The notes beneath the pieces were generated by a model. The model saw nothing but the letters and a program-made list of their open reading frames with translations. It ran no database searches and was not told the origin of the DNA. A stretch of DNA of 63,956 nucleotides, the filler included, from Chrysochromulina tobinii (Eukaryota): NCBI GenBank assembly GCA_001275005.1. It is 7 parts of 7 records of this genome, joined end to end, with 100 filler letters (N's around TTAATTAATTAA, not from the genome) between each part and the next. Parts side by side here need not be neighbours in the genome. Positions count along the whole stretch, not along the records: positions 35,436 to 60,361 come from JWZX01000539.1; 6 more parts are not named here. One strand, written 5' to 3'. This document shows positions 38,707 through 50,267 of this stretch, one piece after another. Every line of letters starts with the position of its first letter. The first letter of the stretch is position 1. A program made the translations under genes and the position numbers.

Positions 38707-41622
38707 ATGTCGATGGAGGCGGCGACCTCCACCGCCACCGCCAGCAACGCCGCGCCTTCGGGGTCGCTGAGCGCACGCAGCGCAGACAAGACCCTGCAGT
38801 GGTCGCATAACGTCGTCGATCCGCCACCATCAGCGCGACGGCTGCGGACAGGATCGCCGAGCAATGCAGGCAGCAGCAGCGGCAGGATGTCCCCTCGGCA
38901 GCAGTCCCTTTGGCAGCAGTCGCCTCGGCAGCAGTCGCCTCGGCAGCAGTCGCCTCGATCTTTGTCGCCTCGGGATGTCACGTCTCCGCGCGCGCCCTCT
39001 CCCGAGAAGAGCGTAACGCTGGCGCAGCTCGAGATGTTGCAGTCCAACCGCAACCCGCTCGACTTCAACATCTTCTTCCAAAACCAGCGAATTTCGCCGA
39101 CCGCGCCCAAGCAAAAAGAGCTCAATCCCAAGTACTCCATGCCAGCGGAGATCTTTTTCTACGTTCGGCCGTCCACGTATCCGTGCTCTTTCCCATTCCC
39201 ACGCGAGCATTCTGAGACACGCTATCTTCATCGCGCAAGCGTCGAGTCTGGCTATGAGAGCGCTGGACCTGCGATGCAGCTGCGCTTCAACCCATCGACC
39301 GTGGTCGGCCTGCAGCCGCACCATATGGTCAATGGCCAGTGCAACGCGCAGCTGGTGATTGTGGTGCCGAGCCATCACAGGATCAACCCGACTCTCGCGC
39401 CAACGAAGATAACCTTTACGCCGACGACGTTCTCACAGCTCCACTGCCACCGCGACCCTGGCGAATGTAAGGAGACGCTGCCCCGAATCATCGTTCCGGT
39501 GACACCCGTCGCCATGTCCTTAGGGGTCGAGCCCCGGTCGATGACCGTCGTCAAGAATACACGCGCCATCCTACTGAAGGAGCTGCTGACACCCTGGGGG
39601 GATACGCCCAAAGGGCAGCGCATGTTCTTCGGGCTCAAGCGGTGGAAGCGGGTTGTCGATCAGCTGTACACCGAGGAGGCTGACAAAGCCAAACCTTTGA
39701 AGAGGATCGCGGATAAACTCGACGTGGATTCGACTGTTGGCACGCCATTCCGCTTCGGCAAGTGGTACCCACGCGCCGCGCTCGACGTGCCGCCGTACAC
39801 GACTATATACTTTCAGAACGCGCGCGTCGCCAGCTGCGCACCTAGGCCAGTGCGCCTGCCAATGAAATTCTTGCTGCCGAAGACTATCTATTTTTACGTT
39901 CGTACGATGACTGCCGAGGTGGGTTTCCCGCTGCCCGAGGCGGACTACCCTTCATCCAAGTACCTCCACTGCGCGCGCGTCATGCCTGGCCACGAGGCTG
40001 GCGGGCCGGCGTCGCACCTGGTGTGGAATGTCGATACGGTGGTCGGCCTCAAGAAGCACCAATGCCTCAAGTCGGGCGCGCCCGTTCCGTCCATGCAGCT
40101 GGTGCTCGTGGTCCCGTCGTGGGTCTCGCCAGACGGCACGCAAGCCGTCAACGAGGGCCTCGAGCCTCGGCAGCTCATGTTCTCACCCACCAACGGGTCG
40201 CAGCTGCACATGTCGTCGCGGCTGCCGCGCGTCATCTGTGCGCTTTTCCCGCGGCCTTCGCTCGACCAGACATCTCGCTTTTTGGACGGGCATACAAGCG
40301 GCCTGCGGCTGCATGCGCTCCGACAGCTGATCGGCGCGTGGAAGTCCTACACCGCTCACGAAATCAAGCTATCTGCCTTCAACCGATGGAACAAGGTCTG
40401 TGAGCTGATGCCGTCTCCAAACCTTTGGAAGCCGCCGGAGAGCCAGTTGGGAACGCCCTATGTTGAGCAGCTGCCCGACCTCGGAGAGACCAAGAATCGC
40501 TGCCGCTGGCCGCGCCTCGAGCGTGCCATGCAAATGGCTGCCGCCGCGCAAGGGCGTACCGCGGCATTTGACAAGGAGACTGAGAGGGCCAACTTTATAC
40601 TCGCCGGCGGAGTGCCAAGCGGGGCCGTCACGAAGCACGCGCAGCAGCTCAAGCTAGACGTGGCGGCAGCACAGCAGATGTCGGCAAAGGCGCAACAGCA
40701 GCCATCTCTGACGCGCAGCCAGTCGGATGGTCTGATGAAGCCCCAGTCAGCGCCTCATCCGCCGTCGCAGCAGGTACACCTGCAGCAGGACCTTGCCCGT
40801 GCGACTCCTCCCACCAGGCGCAGCGAGTCGCCCATGCAATCGGCACGCGGCTCTGCGCAGTTGTCCGCGCAAAGCGCCTCGCCAAGGCGCACCTTCGTTG
40901 AGGCTGATGCCGCTGCTGCACGCGCGGAGGCGCGAGATGCACTCCTCGAGTTGGCATTGGCGCGCCAGGCGGCCGATGGTGAGGGCGGGGGCAGCAGCAT
41001 TGGCCGCTCAACGCCACATTCGAGGGCAACGCCAAGAGATTTCGACGAGCGTGGCACACACATGAGCACCATGCCCGTTAACACCACGCCGCGGTCGGTA
41101 TCGCCGCGCCCGGGCGCGATGACGCCGAGGGGTGGCGGCCCCATGGTGCGGGCAGCGTCGTCTCGCTCGGCGTCGCCTCGCTTCCCACGGCCGGGGTTGA
41201 ACACCTCTGGCGCTGGCGCCGCTGGCAACAGGGCCAGCGGCGAGACGACGACGGCCAGCGCTCTTCCTGCGGCAGCACGAGGGGCGGAAGCCGCGACAAT
41301 CCTCCTGGAAATCCCGCACAGCAGCAGACTGTCGGCTGAGGAGGACCTGGCGGCACAGGCTTTCGAAGCTCTCCGGCACAGGCCTGTGCCGGCGGAGGTA
41401 CTGACGGCAGCCTTGGAGTCACGGCTGCCGCTGCCACCCCCGCCCCCGTGGGAGGAGCCCGAGGTGGCGCAGCGGGTCCCGCTGGTGGAGCCGAGCGAGG
41501 AGGAGCTGCACCGGCATCAGTCGTTTTTCGACGCCACGCTTTCGATGCCCGGGCACATGCCCATCATCATGTCATCCGGACGCGCGCGGGCGCTTGCGGC
41601 CGCGGGTGGCGGAAGGCTGTGA
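38707..41622 (+). CDS. Hypothetical protein with two tandem copies of an unrecognised ~200-aa globular domain
   Basis: Long ORF; internal repeat at 39055-39666 vs 39790-40410; disordered SPR-rich flanks. Confidence 0.85.
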   Translation: MSMEAATSTATASNAAPSGSLSARSADKTLQWSHNVVDPPPSARRLRTGSPSNAGSSSGRMSPRQQSLWQQSPRQQSPRQQSPRSLSPRDVTSPRAPSPEKSVTLAQLEMLQSNRNPLDFNIFFQNQRISPTAPKQKELNPKYSMPAEIFFYVRPSTYPCSFPFPREHSETRYLHRASVESGYESAGPAMQLRFNPSTVVGLQPHHMVNGQCNAQLVIVVPSHHRINPTLAPTKITFTPTTFSQLHCHRDPGECKETLPRIIVPVTPVAMSLGVEPRSMTVVKNTRAILLKELLTPWGDTPKGQRMFFGLKRWKRVVDQLYTEEADKAKPLKRIADKLDVDSTVGTPFRFGKWYPRAALDVPPYTTIYFQNARVASCAPRPVRLPMKFLLPKTIYFYVRTMTAEVGFPLPEADYPSSKYLHCARVMPGHEAGGPASHLVWNVDTVVGLKKHQCLKSGAPVPSMQLVLVVPSWVSPDGTQAVNEGLEPRQLMFSPTNGSQLHMSSRLPRVICALFPRPSLDQTSRFLDGHTSGLRLHALRQLIGAWKSYTAHEIKLSAFNRWNKVCELMPSPNLWKPPESQLGTPYVEQLPDLGETKNRCRWPRLERAMQMAAAAQGRTAAFDKETERANFILAGGVPSGAVTKHAQQLKLDVAAAQQMSAKAQQQPSLTRSQSDGLMKPQSAPHPPSQQVHLQQDLARATPPTRRSESPMQSARGSAQLSAQSASPRRTFVEADAAAARAEARDALLELALARQAADGEGGGSSIGRSTPHSRATPRDFDERGTHMSTMPVNTTPRSVSPRPGAMTPRGGGPMVRAASSRSASPRFPRPGLNTSGAGAAGNRASGETTTASALPAAARGAEAATILLEIPHSSRLSAEEDLAAQAFEALRHRPVPAEVLTAALESRLPLPPPPPWEEPEVAQRVPLVEPSEEELHRHQSFFDATLSMPGHMPIIMSSGRARALAAAGGGRL

Positions 41623-41954
41623 GGAGCTGGTAGTTGCCCGCGGCGAGGAGCGAGGAGACAGCAGTCAGGAACATACCATGTAGGTACCAGAAGAGACCCC
41701 AGTTGGGTCTCTCTACATGTCTCTAGGGTAGGGTGGAAGCATATGTCAGGTGGTCATCTTTTTCTCCGGAGATGAGTGCTTCTGTAGGTGATTAATGCGA
41801 GTGTGAGGTGGCACCCGTGCTCCGTGTGTCGACGCGACGACGATTCGCCCACGACGGCGCGGAAACTTGCGCGCGCACTGAAACTGCACAGAAGGTCCGG
41901 AGGGGGGCACAAGAAGGGTCGCCATTGACACAAATCGCCTCCCCTAGGACAAAT

Positions 41955-44900
41955 ATGCGAAGCTCGCACGACTACACACAGCTCACCGACGAGGCCGGTC
42001 TCGAACATCGTGAGTCAGCTGAGCCCGCCGCGCCTCCGGGCAGCGACACAGCGCGAGCTCTGCAGCCGGTGTTCGCGGCCCTCCAGCAAAGGCTCAAGGA
42101 TGCGGCAGCCGCACGGCCGTTAGGCGCGGGCGGGACGGTTTCGATAACAGTCGGCCGTGAAGGCGCGGCCGAACGCTGGCTCGTCGACGCGCGTGAGGGA
42201 GTGGCACCGGATGCGGTCATCGTGCGGAAGCCCATGGGTGCCGCCGACGATGCGGTGGTGCGCATTGTCGTGCCCGAGCCGGCGGACCTGCTGGCGCTGC
42301 TCGAGCGCCGGCTACCACCCTTTCGCGCTCTCGCGCAGCGGCGTCTCGTCCTGCGCGGCGATCTCGCTCAGCTGCGGTCGATGCAGTGGCTCTTCGGCGG
42401 CGGCGTGAGTGAGGGTGGCGAGGGTGAGAGCAGCGCGGTGTGCGTACGCGTGCTGCACGCGGACGCGTCCAAGGGGCACGGTGAGTACGTGCTCTCCGTT
42501 GAGGAGGGTGCAGTCTCGTGGCTCATCGCGCGTCGGTGGAGCGAGCTCAAGGCGCTGAGTGCCGAGCTATCGCTGCTCTACGGGCGTGGCTCGGGCACTC
42601 TTGAGCTGCAACTTCCCACAGTGCCAACGTCGTACCGCAGCTCGACCTCCGCTACTCTGCTCAAGGAGCGCTCGCGCCAGATGACCGAACACCTCGCTGC
42701 CCTGCTCCGCCTGCTCCACTGCTCGCCGCGCAATGGCGACGGACCGCCGGTGCTGCTCCGCTTCTTACGACCAACTGACGAGGACACTCGACTCGCTACG
42801 GCTGCACTGCCTCGCCACGCCCACGCGGTCGCCGCGGCCGGCCACGTGGCTGTGGAAGGCCACGTGGCTGTGGGCGGCCACGTGGCTGTGCCTCCCCCGA
42901 CCGCCCTCAAGGGCGGCGGCGGCGAGGCCAACGACGTGCCGCGAGGCCTTCCACCCAGCCCGACGAAGGCATCTTCACGGAAGGAGATTCCGATGGCAGA
43001 GCTACTGCTCCGGCGGCGGATGGAACTTGCGGAGGCGTCCGTCCTCGAGCTTGGTCGCCGGGCTGAGAGGATGAATGCCTGGGCCGGACGCCTCGGCTGG
43101 CTCGCCGCGCTCGTGTGCCTGCTCTCGCTGGTCTATGTCAACGTCACAGTCTATGTCAATCTCGCCAACGGCGGTGCGTGGCTCTCGGTGCCACGTGGGC
43201 CGCGTGACTTCGCCGCCGCACTGGTCGGCAGCACGAACACGACGGTCGCTGCCTCCTCCTCGCCGGCAGCAGTCGCAGACGCTGTACTGGTACCGTCGAC
43301 CGGCGCTGTCGGGAGGCCGGTCGGAGCGGGGCTGCTGCTCCTGGGGGTGCTGCTGTCGGCGCTCTGCTTCTGTTGGCGCCAGATGGACCATGAGAAGGCG
43401 TCCCTGTATTGGCGGTACGTCGCCGTCTTCACCCTCTTCTGGCGCGTCTACTTGCACTACCGATGGGCAAGGGTGCGCGCACACCGAGTGGCGCTCGCTA
43501 CGGCGCTCGCCGAGGGGCGCGCCTTCGACGGCCAGAGTCATCTGGAGGAGGGCGAGGACGCGAGCGACGCGGTGCGTGAGCTCTGGGAAGAGGCTCACGA
43601 CGGCGCGGGCAAGATCCTGTTCCACCACATGAGCGAGCTCGGGGGGTTGTGGGTCAAGACGGGCCAATATCTCGCTTCGCGTGCCGATATGGTGCCCAAG
43701 GAGCTCGGTCGTCACCTTGCGGCGATGCTCGATTCAAACAAGCCGAGGCCGCTCGCCGAGGTGGTCACCACGCTGCTCGACGAGCTCGGCGAGGCGAAGC
43801 TAGCGAAGATCGCCTCGTTCGACCCGATCCCGATCTCGACCGCCTCGATTGCGCAGGTGCATCTGGCAACGCTCGGGGACGGACGGCGCATCGTACTGAA
43901 GCTGCAGCACGTCGAGGTGCGCGAGAAGATGACGCAGGACCTCGTCCAGGCCGAGGCGCTCGCTGATACGCTCTACTGGCTCGAGCCCCAGCTCGATCTG
44001 AAACCGATGATGACGGAGATGCACCAGCTCCACCTGTCCGAGCTCGACTTCACGGCCGAGGCGACCAATCTGAGAGAGGTGGGCGCCAACCTCGCGCGCC
44101 GTCGCATCAGAGCCACCATACCAACCGTCATTGACGAGCTCTCGACGCGTCGGTGCCTTGCCATGGGCCTGTGCGAGGGTCATTCGCTCAAAGATGCGCA
44201 ACAGCTCAAGTCGCTCGGCATCGACTGCGCGCTGCTCGTGGCGCGCGTGTGCGAGGCGTGGGCGGTGCAGATGTTCGCCGACGGCGTCTTCAACTGCGAC
44301 CCGCACCCCGGCAACCTCCTGGTGCGCCCGGATCCCACCCTTGGTCCGGTACCCGTGCTGCTCGACTTTGGGTTGTGCAAGCGGCTCTCCCTCGAGCACA
44401 AGCTCGCGTTCTGCCGTATGGTGGTCGCACTCTCATATCTCGATGCAGACGGGCTCGTCGGTTCGCTCGAAACACTCGGGCTGCAGTTCCCGCCCGACAT
44501 CGAGCCGTTCACGCTGATGAAGGGCCTCGCCTTCACCTTCAGGGACACCGAGGCTGACGCGGGCCAGGCGCGCTCGCGCATCCGCACGAGGCTCAAGAAG
44601 GCTCGCGCCGACCGCCAGAAGATCGTCGAGAAGCGCAAGGAGCGCGAGGAAGCCGCGCGCCGTGCCGGAAAGCCAGTGAAGCCGCAGCAGCAGGTACCGA
44701 CGCTACCAGGCGTGGTCGCCTACTTTTATCGCACGCTCATGATGCTGCAGGGGCTCGCGACCAACCTGGGTGTCTCTCTGTCCTTCATGCCGATCCTCTC
44801 AGGATGGGCGGCAAAGACCCTCCTCGAGCACCGCCGCGCGCAGCTCCAGCCGAGCGCGCCGCTTCGCTCGCCGCCGCCGAGCGCGCCGCCGCGCTCGGCG

Positions 44901-45744
44901 TTGCAGGAGCGCGCCCTGCGCCTGCTGCACGCGCTCGCCGACACGGACGAGCTACTCGGCGCTCAGGTGAGCCTCGTACGCCGCGGCGTTGTGCTTGTCG
45001 ACGCGGCCGTTGGGCGCTTGGGCGCTGTCGACCCGCGCCCCGTGCGCACCAATTCGCTCTTCCAACTCTTCGAGGCTGGCTCACCCGTGCTCGCGACCAT
45101 CGCGCTGCAGCAGGCGGTCACGCGAGGCGGCGCGCTCTGGCTGCAAACGCCGCTGGCCAACCTCTGGCCACCTTTTGCGCAGAATGGGAAGGAGAAGCTC
45201 ACATTGCTCCATCTCCTCTCGCACCAGACCGGCCTCCAGCATGCCTACCCAGCCGATGCTTCCCTCAACGACCTCATCGATACTGGCGCGATGGTGGCGC
45301 ACGTGGCGAGCGCGCCCATGACGGCGCCTGGCGCGCCCACAGGCGGCAGCAGTGCCGACGGCGGCGGGATGCGGTACGAGGGGCTGCCTTGGGGCTGTGG
45401 GCTCTGGGGTGTGTTGCAAGCGTGCACCGGCCAGCCTCTCCCCGCGCTGCTCGTCGGGCGCATCTGTGCGCCGCTCGGTCTACCAGTAGAACCCGAGGCG
45501 GCCGAGCTGCTGCTCAGTGTGCCGAGCAGTCCGGCCGCCGCCGCCGCCGCGTGCGAAGCGCGTGTCGTCACGCATGACGCGTCCGCCCTGCTCAAGCGTG
45601 CGGGGCTGGACCTCTCCGAGGTGCTCACCACGGCGTCCGCGCCTGAGGACGAGGGTGATGGACCCTCCGACGCGGATGTGGAGGCTGGCGTGGCGAGCAC
45701 GCCAGGAGGAAACGGTAGCAAGGGCAGTAGTGACGGCGGTGGCA

Positions 45745-45784
<40 letters not shown>

Positions 45785-46361
45785 GATGATGATGATGATG
45801 GGGCCGCAGGTGCTGCTCGCGCCGCACTTCCTCAACATGCAGAAGCTGCGCACCGCGACGCTACCGGGCGTGTCGATGCACGGCACGGCGCGGGCGCTCG
45901 CCGTCTTTTACGATGGAGTGGGCAGCGCCAAGCTGCTACCCACCGAGGTGGTGTCAGAGCTGCCGCGCCTTGCGAGCTTCGTCGCTCGGGGCCACACAGC
46001 CACGCCAGCCTCGCCAGCCTCTGCACGCACCAACCCCTCGCCCGGGAAGCTCCCTCCCTTGCCAGCCGTGAGCGGCGGGGCGAGCAACGCCAAGGGCGTC
46101 CGTTGGGCGGCCGGATTCCAGTTGGGAGAGGCTGCCGTCGAGATGCCGGTGACCGGCGAGAAACTTCTAGTCAGCGTGCTCGGGCACGGCGCCGTCGGTG
46201 GCAGCGTGGGGCTCGTCGTGCCAGCGGCGGGCCTCGCGCTTGCTGTGACCGTGAGCAAGCTCGCGCCTCATCGGCGCGCGAGCCAACGGCTCATTGAGAT
46301 GCTCCTCGATGAGTTTGGCGTGCGGCTCACGCGGAGCGAGGGGCTGCTGCACGATGCCTGA
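41955..46361 (+). CDS. SCP2-like + PX-like + 2TM + ABC1/UbiB atypical kinase + beta-lactamase-like fusion
   Basis: ABC1: LGGLWVKTGQYLASRAD, TASIAQVH, ELDF, DPHPGN, LLDFG. Beta-lactamase: LLHLLSHQTGL, GHGAVGGS. PX: ARRWSELKAL...LLRFL. SCP2: PFRALAQRRLVLRGD. Confidence 0.9.
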
Positions 46362-46772
46362 CGCCCACAGCGAGGACAGCAGTGTACGCAGGTCTGTCTT
46401 GACCGTTGACGAAGCTTGAAGTGTCTTGACCGTTGACGAAGCGTGCAGACGGCAGTTGAGGTGGAGAGCGCCTGGCTCGTTGCCTCTCGGTCTCGCTCAG
46501 CCCCGCTGGTCACGGACTAGAGTGCTATAGGAGGGGTACCTACATCTGTAGAGACCATCACAGGGACGTTATAGCGGAGCCGGTGGAGCGCCGTCGACAT
46601 ACGCGGCAAGCAGACGCCCGACCCATGCTCAGTAGAGTCACCGCACCGGCTTCGCATTTGTATTCGATTATTTTACAAATGATACTGTGAAACTGAAAGT
46701 GATAACACTGTGCCGGCACAGCGACAACAGCCGGCAGAACAACACCGGTCTATACCAACTACCGAATTGTTG

Positions 46773-49700
46773 TTATTGCGCCACCTCGACCTGTAGATCT
46801 AACGGCGTCGGCGATCGCTCCGACTCGACTGGTTCCGAGGCGGCCGGGGGCACAGCGTGGGCACCCGCGTTGCCGTGGGCGCCCGCGTTGCCCACCGAGG
46901 GCAATCGTGTGGTTGGCACCGCGACCGTCGCTGCCACCGTCGCCGCCATCGTGGCGCCCGAGGCGGCGGCGGCGGCCGACGGAGGGAGCGAGAGCGAAGA
47001 CGTCGGCGAGGGGGACGCGCCCGATCCAAGCAAGCGCTGCTCATCTTGACGCGTCAGCGGCGCATCGAAGACGTCATACACGACGCGCTTGAGGAAGCGG
47101 TCAGCATACACACTGGGAGGCACCGCTGAGATGCCCTGGCCGTCGTGCCACGGCGGCAGCCACACCTTACAGAAGTGCTCGAGTTGCTTGCGCAGCGACC
47201 ACGTCTGAAGCACGTCGACGAGGCCGAGGTAGTAAGACTGCGGCCCTTCGACGATGATGGCGTACTCAACAGAGTGCGAGTACGGGCGGTTCGGACTCTC
47301 GGGTCGGGACTGGCAAGCGGCGGCTGGGGCGGCGGCTGGGGCGGCGGCTGGGGCGCCGCCGCCCGCGCTGCCACGTGGGTGCGAAGACACGAGGAGAGGC
47401 GAGACGGTGCCTAGCACGGCGCCCGCGAGCGAGCACGAGGCACGCGGACTGACGCCGCTGCCCTGTAGAGCGCCGTATTGAGCGCCCGCGAGCGAGCATG
47501 AGGCACGCGGACTGACGCTGCTGCCGCCGCTGCCGCTGCTGCCGCCACTGCCATCGCGAACGATCGGGAACAACGAGAGGGAGGGCGCCGCAGTGAAGGG
47601 CGCGTGTGGCGCGTGCGGGCTGCTTGTCGGCTCGGTGCCGTCGATGGGCGTGAGGTGCGTCTGTCCTCCATCGGTGTTGACGACGAAGCGGCCGCGGCGC
47701 ACCCCGACGACGAGGGAATAGTCCATCGTGTGAAGCGTGTTCGACAAGAAGGCGACGTCGGTGGCCATCTGGCGGCGCAGCTCGGCGAGACGGCTCGATG
47801 AGAGGTGGAGGCAATAGTTGAGGTCGTTGTCCTTCTTGACGGTGTGGGGATCTTTGGGCCGCGAGGAGTTGCGATTGACCCACGAGCCCTTGAGGTCATA
47901 CCGCTCATCCATCTCGGGCAAGTGAGACTCGGCCAACGGTCTCATGGGCGCGTGGTAGAAGACGTTGCCCATCACGACGAATGTCATCGTGGTGTTGTAC
48001 ATCGAGATCGAGTACAGTCCGTAGAACTTGGTCAGGTACGAGCCCGGCTGCGCGCGTAAGTACTCCGTGTACTCGGGCGCGTGAGCCGTGAGGATGGCCG
48101 CCTCTGAGCTGTCGATTGTCTTGACAATCAGGCGCCGATCGTGCGTGTAGTACATGAACGAGCCGCTCTTCCCCTCGGAGAATCGCCAGCGCCCACCCCG
48201 GCCCTCCTTGGAGCGTCGGATCCACACCTGATGAGGCAGGCAATCAAGGGTGTCATCCGAGGTCATCCGAGGTCATCCGAGGTCATCCGAGGTCATCCGA
48301 GGTCATCCGGGGTCGTCAGGGGTCGTCCGAGGTCATCCGAGGTCATCCGAGGTCATCCGAGGTCATCCGAGGTCATCCGAGGTCGTCAGAGGCCATGGCC
48401 AGAGGCCCTTCATCCACACCTGGCCGCCGGAGAGCAGGGAGGCGAGATAGACGCTGGGATGTACGCCCTCGGCCTCACGCATCTGCCGAAAGGGCCCCGG
48501 GTGATACTCGACGAACTTGAAGGGCGGCCCGCCGCCCGCGAAGAAGGCGATCCATGCCGAGGACGAGAAGAAGCTACACACCTGATGAGGGAGGCAATCA
48601 AGGGCGTCATCAGAGGTCGTCAGAGGTCATCAGAGGTCATCAGAGGTCATGCCGAGGACGAGAAGAAGCTACACACCGACGCCGTGAGACGCGAGAAGAG
48701 CCAGCGCCAGGGCCGGCCGTGCCCGCGCTCCTCGAGCATGCTGGCATCGATGCACCCGACACAGTCTATGTCCGGAGGCACGCGCCGTGTCGGTGCGTCG
48801 GCCACGCGCGGGAGCAGCTGCTGACCCGACGCTGAGAGCCGTTGCTCGTCCAGCGCGCTGCCGATCGACAGGTGCACGGCGCCGAAGCCGCTCGCGCCGT
48901 CCGTGCGCGGCATCACGGTGCGTGTGGACGAGATGCGAGGGCTATCGGTGTCGGGGCGGATGGAGGGGAGCATGACGATGCGCTGCGCCGAGTGCTCCCT
49001 GGGCGTGCCCGCCGCCTCCTCGGCCGCCTCGACCGCCAGCCGGATGCCAAGCTGCGTGTATGAGAGCCATTCCTCCCGAAGTGCCTCGGGCATGTCCCAC
49101 GCGCCGATCGCCTTGCGCTCGCGCGGTCCGCCGCCTGGGCTGTGCAGCCCGCGCTCCGCCTTGATATACCGGTGCGCGGTCAGGTGCCACACGACCGCGT
49201 TGAGCCCCCCCTTGCTCGCGATCGTCAGGCCCATCAAGGACCAGAGTGCGCCCGCTTGCCAGTCCTTGCCGGCAGAGCCCCAATGCCACATCGGGTAACA
49301 GTGCACCATCAGGGCGAGGTAGATGATGGAGGCGGCCATCCAGTACACGACGCCGGTGCCCACATACAGGATCAGGTCCTTGATCGTCTGCAGCCGCACC
49401 TCGTACGTCGCCTGCAGCCCTTCCCACAGGCGCGCCGTCGCGAAGAGCACCGACAAGATGCAAAACGTGAGGATGGCGATCACCCACACATAGAAGAGGA
49501 ACCACATGGCGGACTGTTCAGTACTCCAGTCAGTGGCGCGGTCCCACACGTGGCTCGTGGTGCAGTTCTCCGACGGGACGATCGCCGACTCATCCTGACG
49601 AATCCAGCAGATATTGATCGCGCTCGCCCCTTGCATGTTGGTCGCCAGCAGGACGACCGCGGAGGCGAGCGAGCTCAGCCACACGGCCGCGTGGTACTTG

Positions 49701-50173
49701 GGCTGGATGGGTGAATAGGGCCGAAACGGCTGCGTGAGCGAGAGGCACAGGTCGAGGCAGATGACAAGCAGCCACATCTCCGAGGCGAACGCGGTGAATT
49801 GAGTGTAGAAGGACATCGCTGAGCACAGCCCCTGATACTCGGGGAGCTCGCCCCAGAATGTTTGATCGTCGTTGACCGAAGCCTGCACGAAGAAGGTGAC
49901 GAGATATTGGAGCGCGAAGAGCAAATCCGTGACCGTGCGCCAGAAGAGCAGCGAGAGCGGCGGCCGGCGCACGCTATGGTACGTGCAGTACTTGTAGATG
50001 ACGTTCGTGCATGCAAGGCACGAGACCACCGCGCCGGCGAAGAGCGTGGCCTGGGTCAGCACGACCGAGGAACTGGTGGGAATCTCGGGCCCGATCGGCT
50101 CGAATGGAGCCGACGGCGGAAAGGGCTGCGACGGAACAAGGTCCGGGGGTATGGTAAGGTCGGGCGACGCCAT
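46773..50173 (-). CDS. GPCR-PIP kinase fusion (7TM + phosphatidylinositol phosphate kinase); exons 50173-48677, 48581-48420, 48227-46773
   Basis: Seven hydrophobic helices with ICWI motif; PIPK motifs FKFVEYHP, SEGKSGSFMY, IVKT, YDLKGS, KDND, MDYSL, GLVDVLQ. Two GT-AG introns join the three ORFs in frame. Confidence 0.93.
48228..48419 (-). other. Intron (192 nt, phase 0) made mostly of ~14 copies of GGATGACCTC
   Basis: CAG|GTGTGGAT at both junctions; ends CCCTTGATTGCCTGCCTCATCAG. Confidence 0.92.
48582..48676 (-). other. Intron (95 nt, phase 0) whose first 29 nt duplicate the start of the downstream exon
   Basis: CATGCCGAGGACGAGAAGAAGCTACACACC at 48553-48582 and 48648-48677; 10-bp repeat filler; ends CCCTTGATTGCCTCCCTCATCAG. 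Confidence 0.9.
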
Positions 50174-50267
50174 CGTCAACAACTTCACACTCGCGTGATG
50201 AAGTTTTTAGGAACTCACATCAACTGGGAGTGAACCCTACAAAGGACTACGGTTTGAACGCGCAGGG

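Noticed and set aside
46395..46442. Short tandem duplication TGTCTTGACCGTTGACGAAGC downstream of the ABC1 gene
   Set aside because: An isolated local duplication with no evidence of function.
41677..46545. Hairpin at 41677-41719 and an 11-bp inverted match (ATGTAGGTACC / GGTACCTACAT) flanking the ABC1 gene as transposon ends
   Set aside because: Too short, no TSD and no transposase; compatible with chance or small repeat relics.
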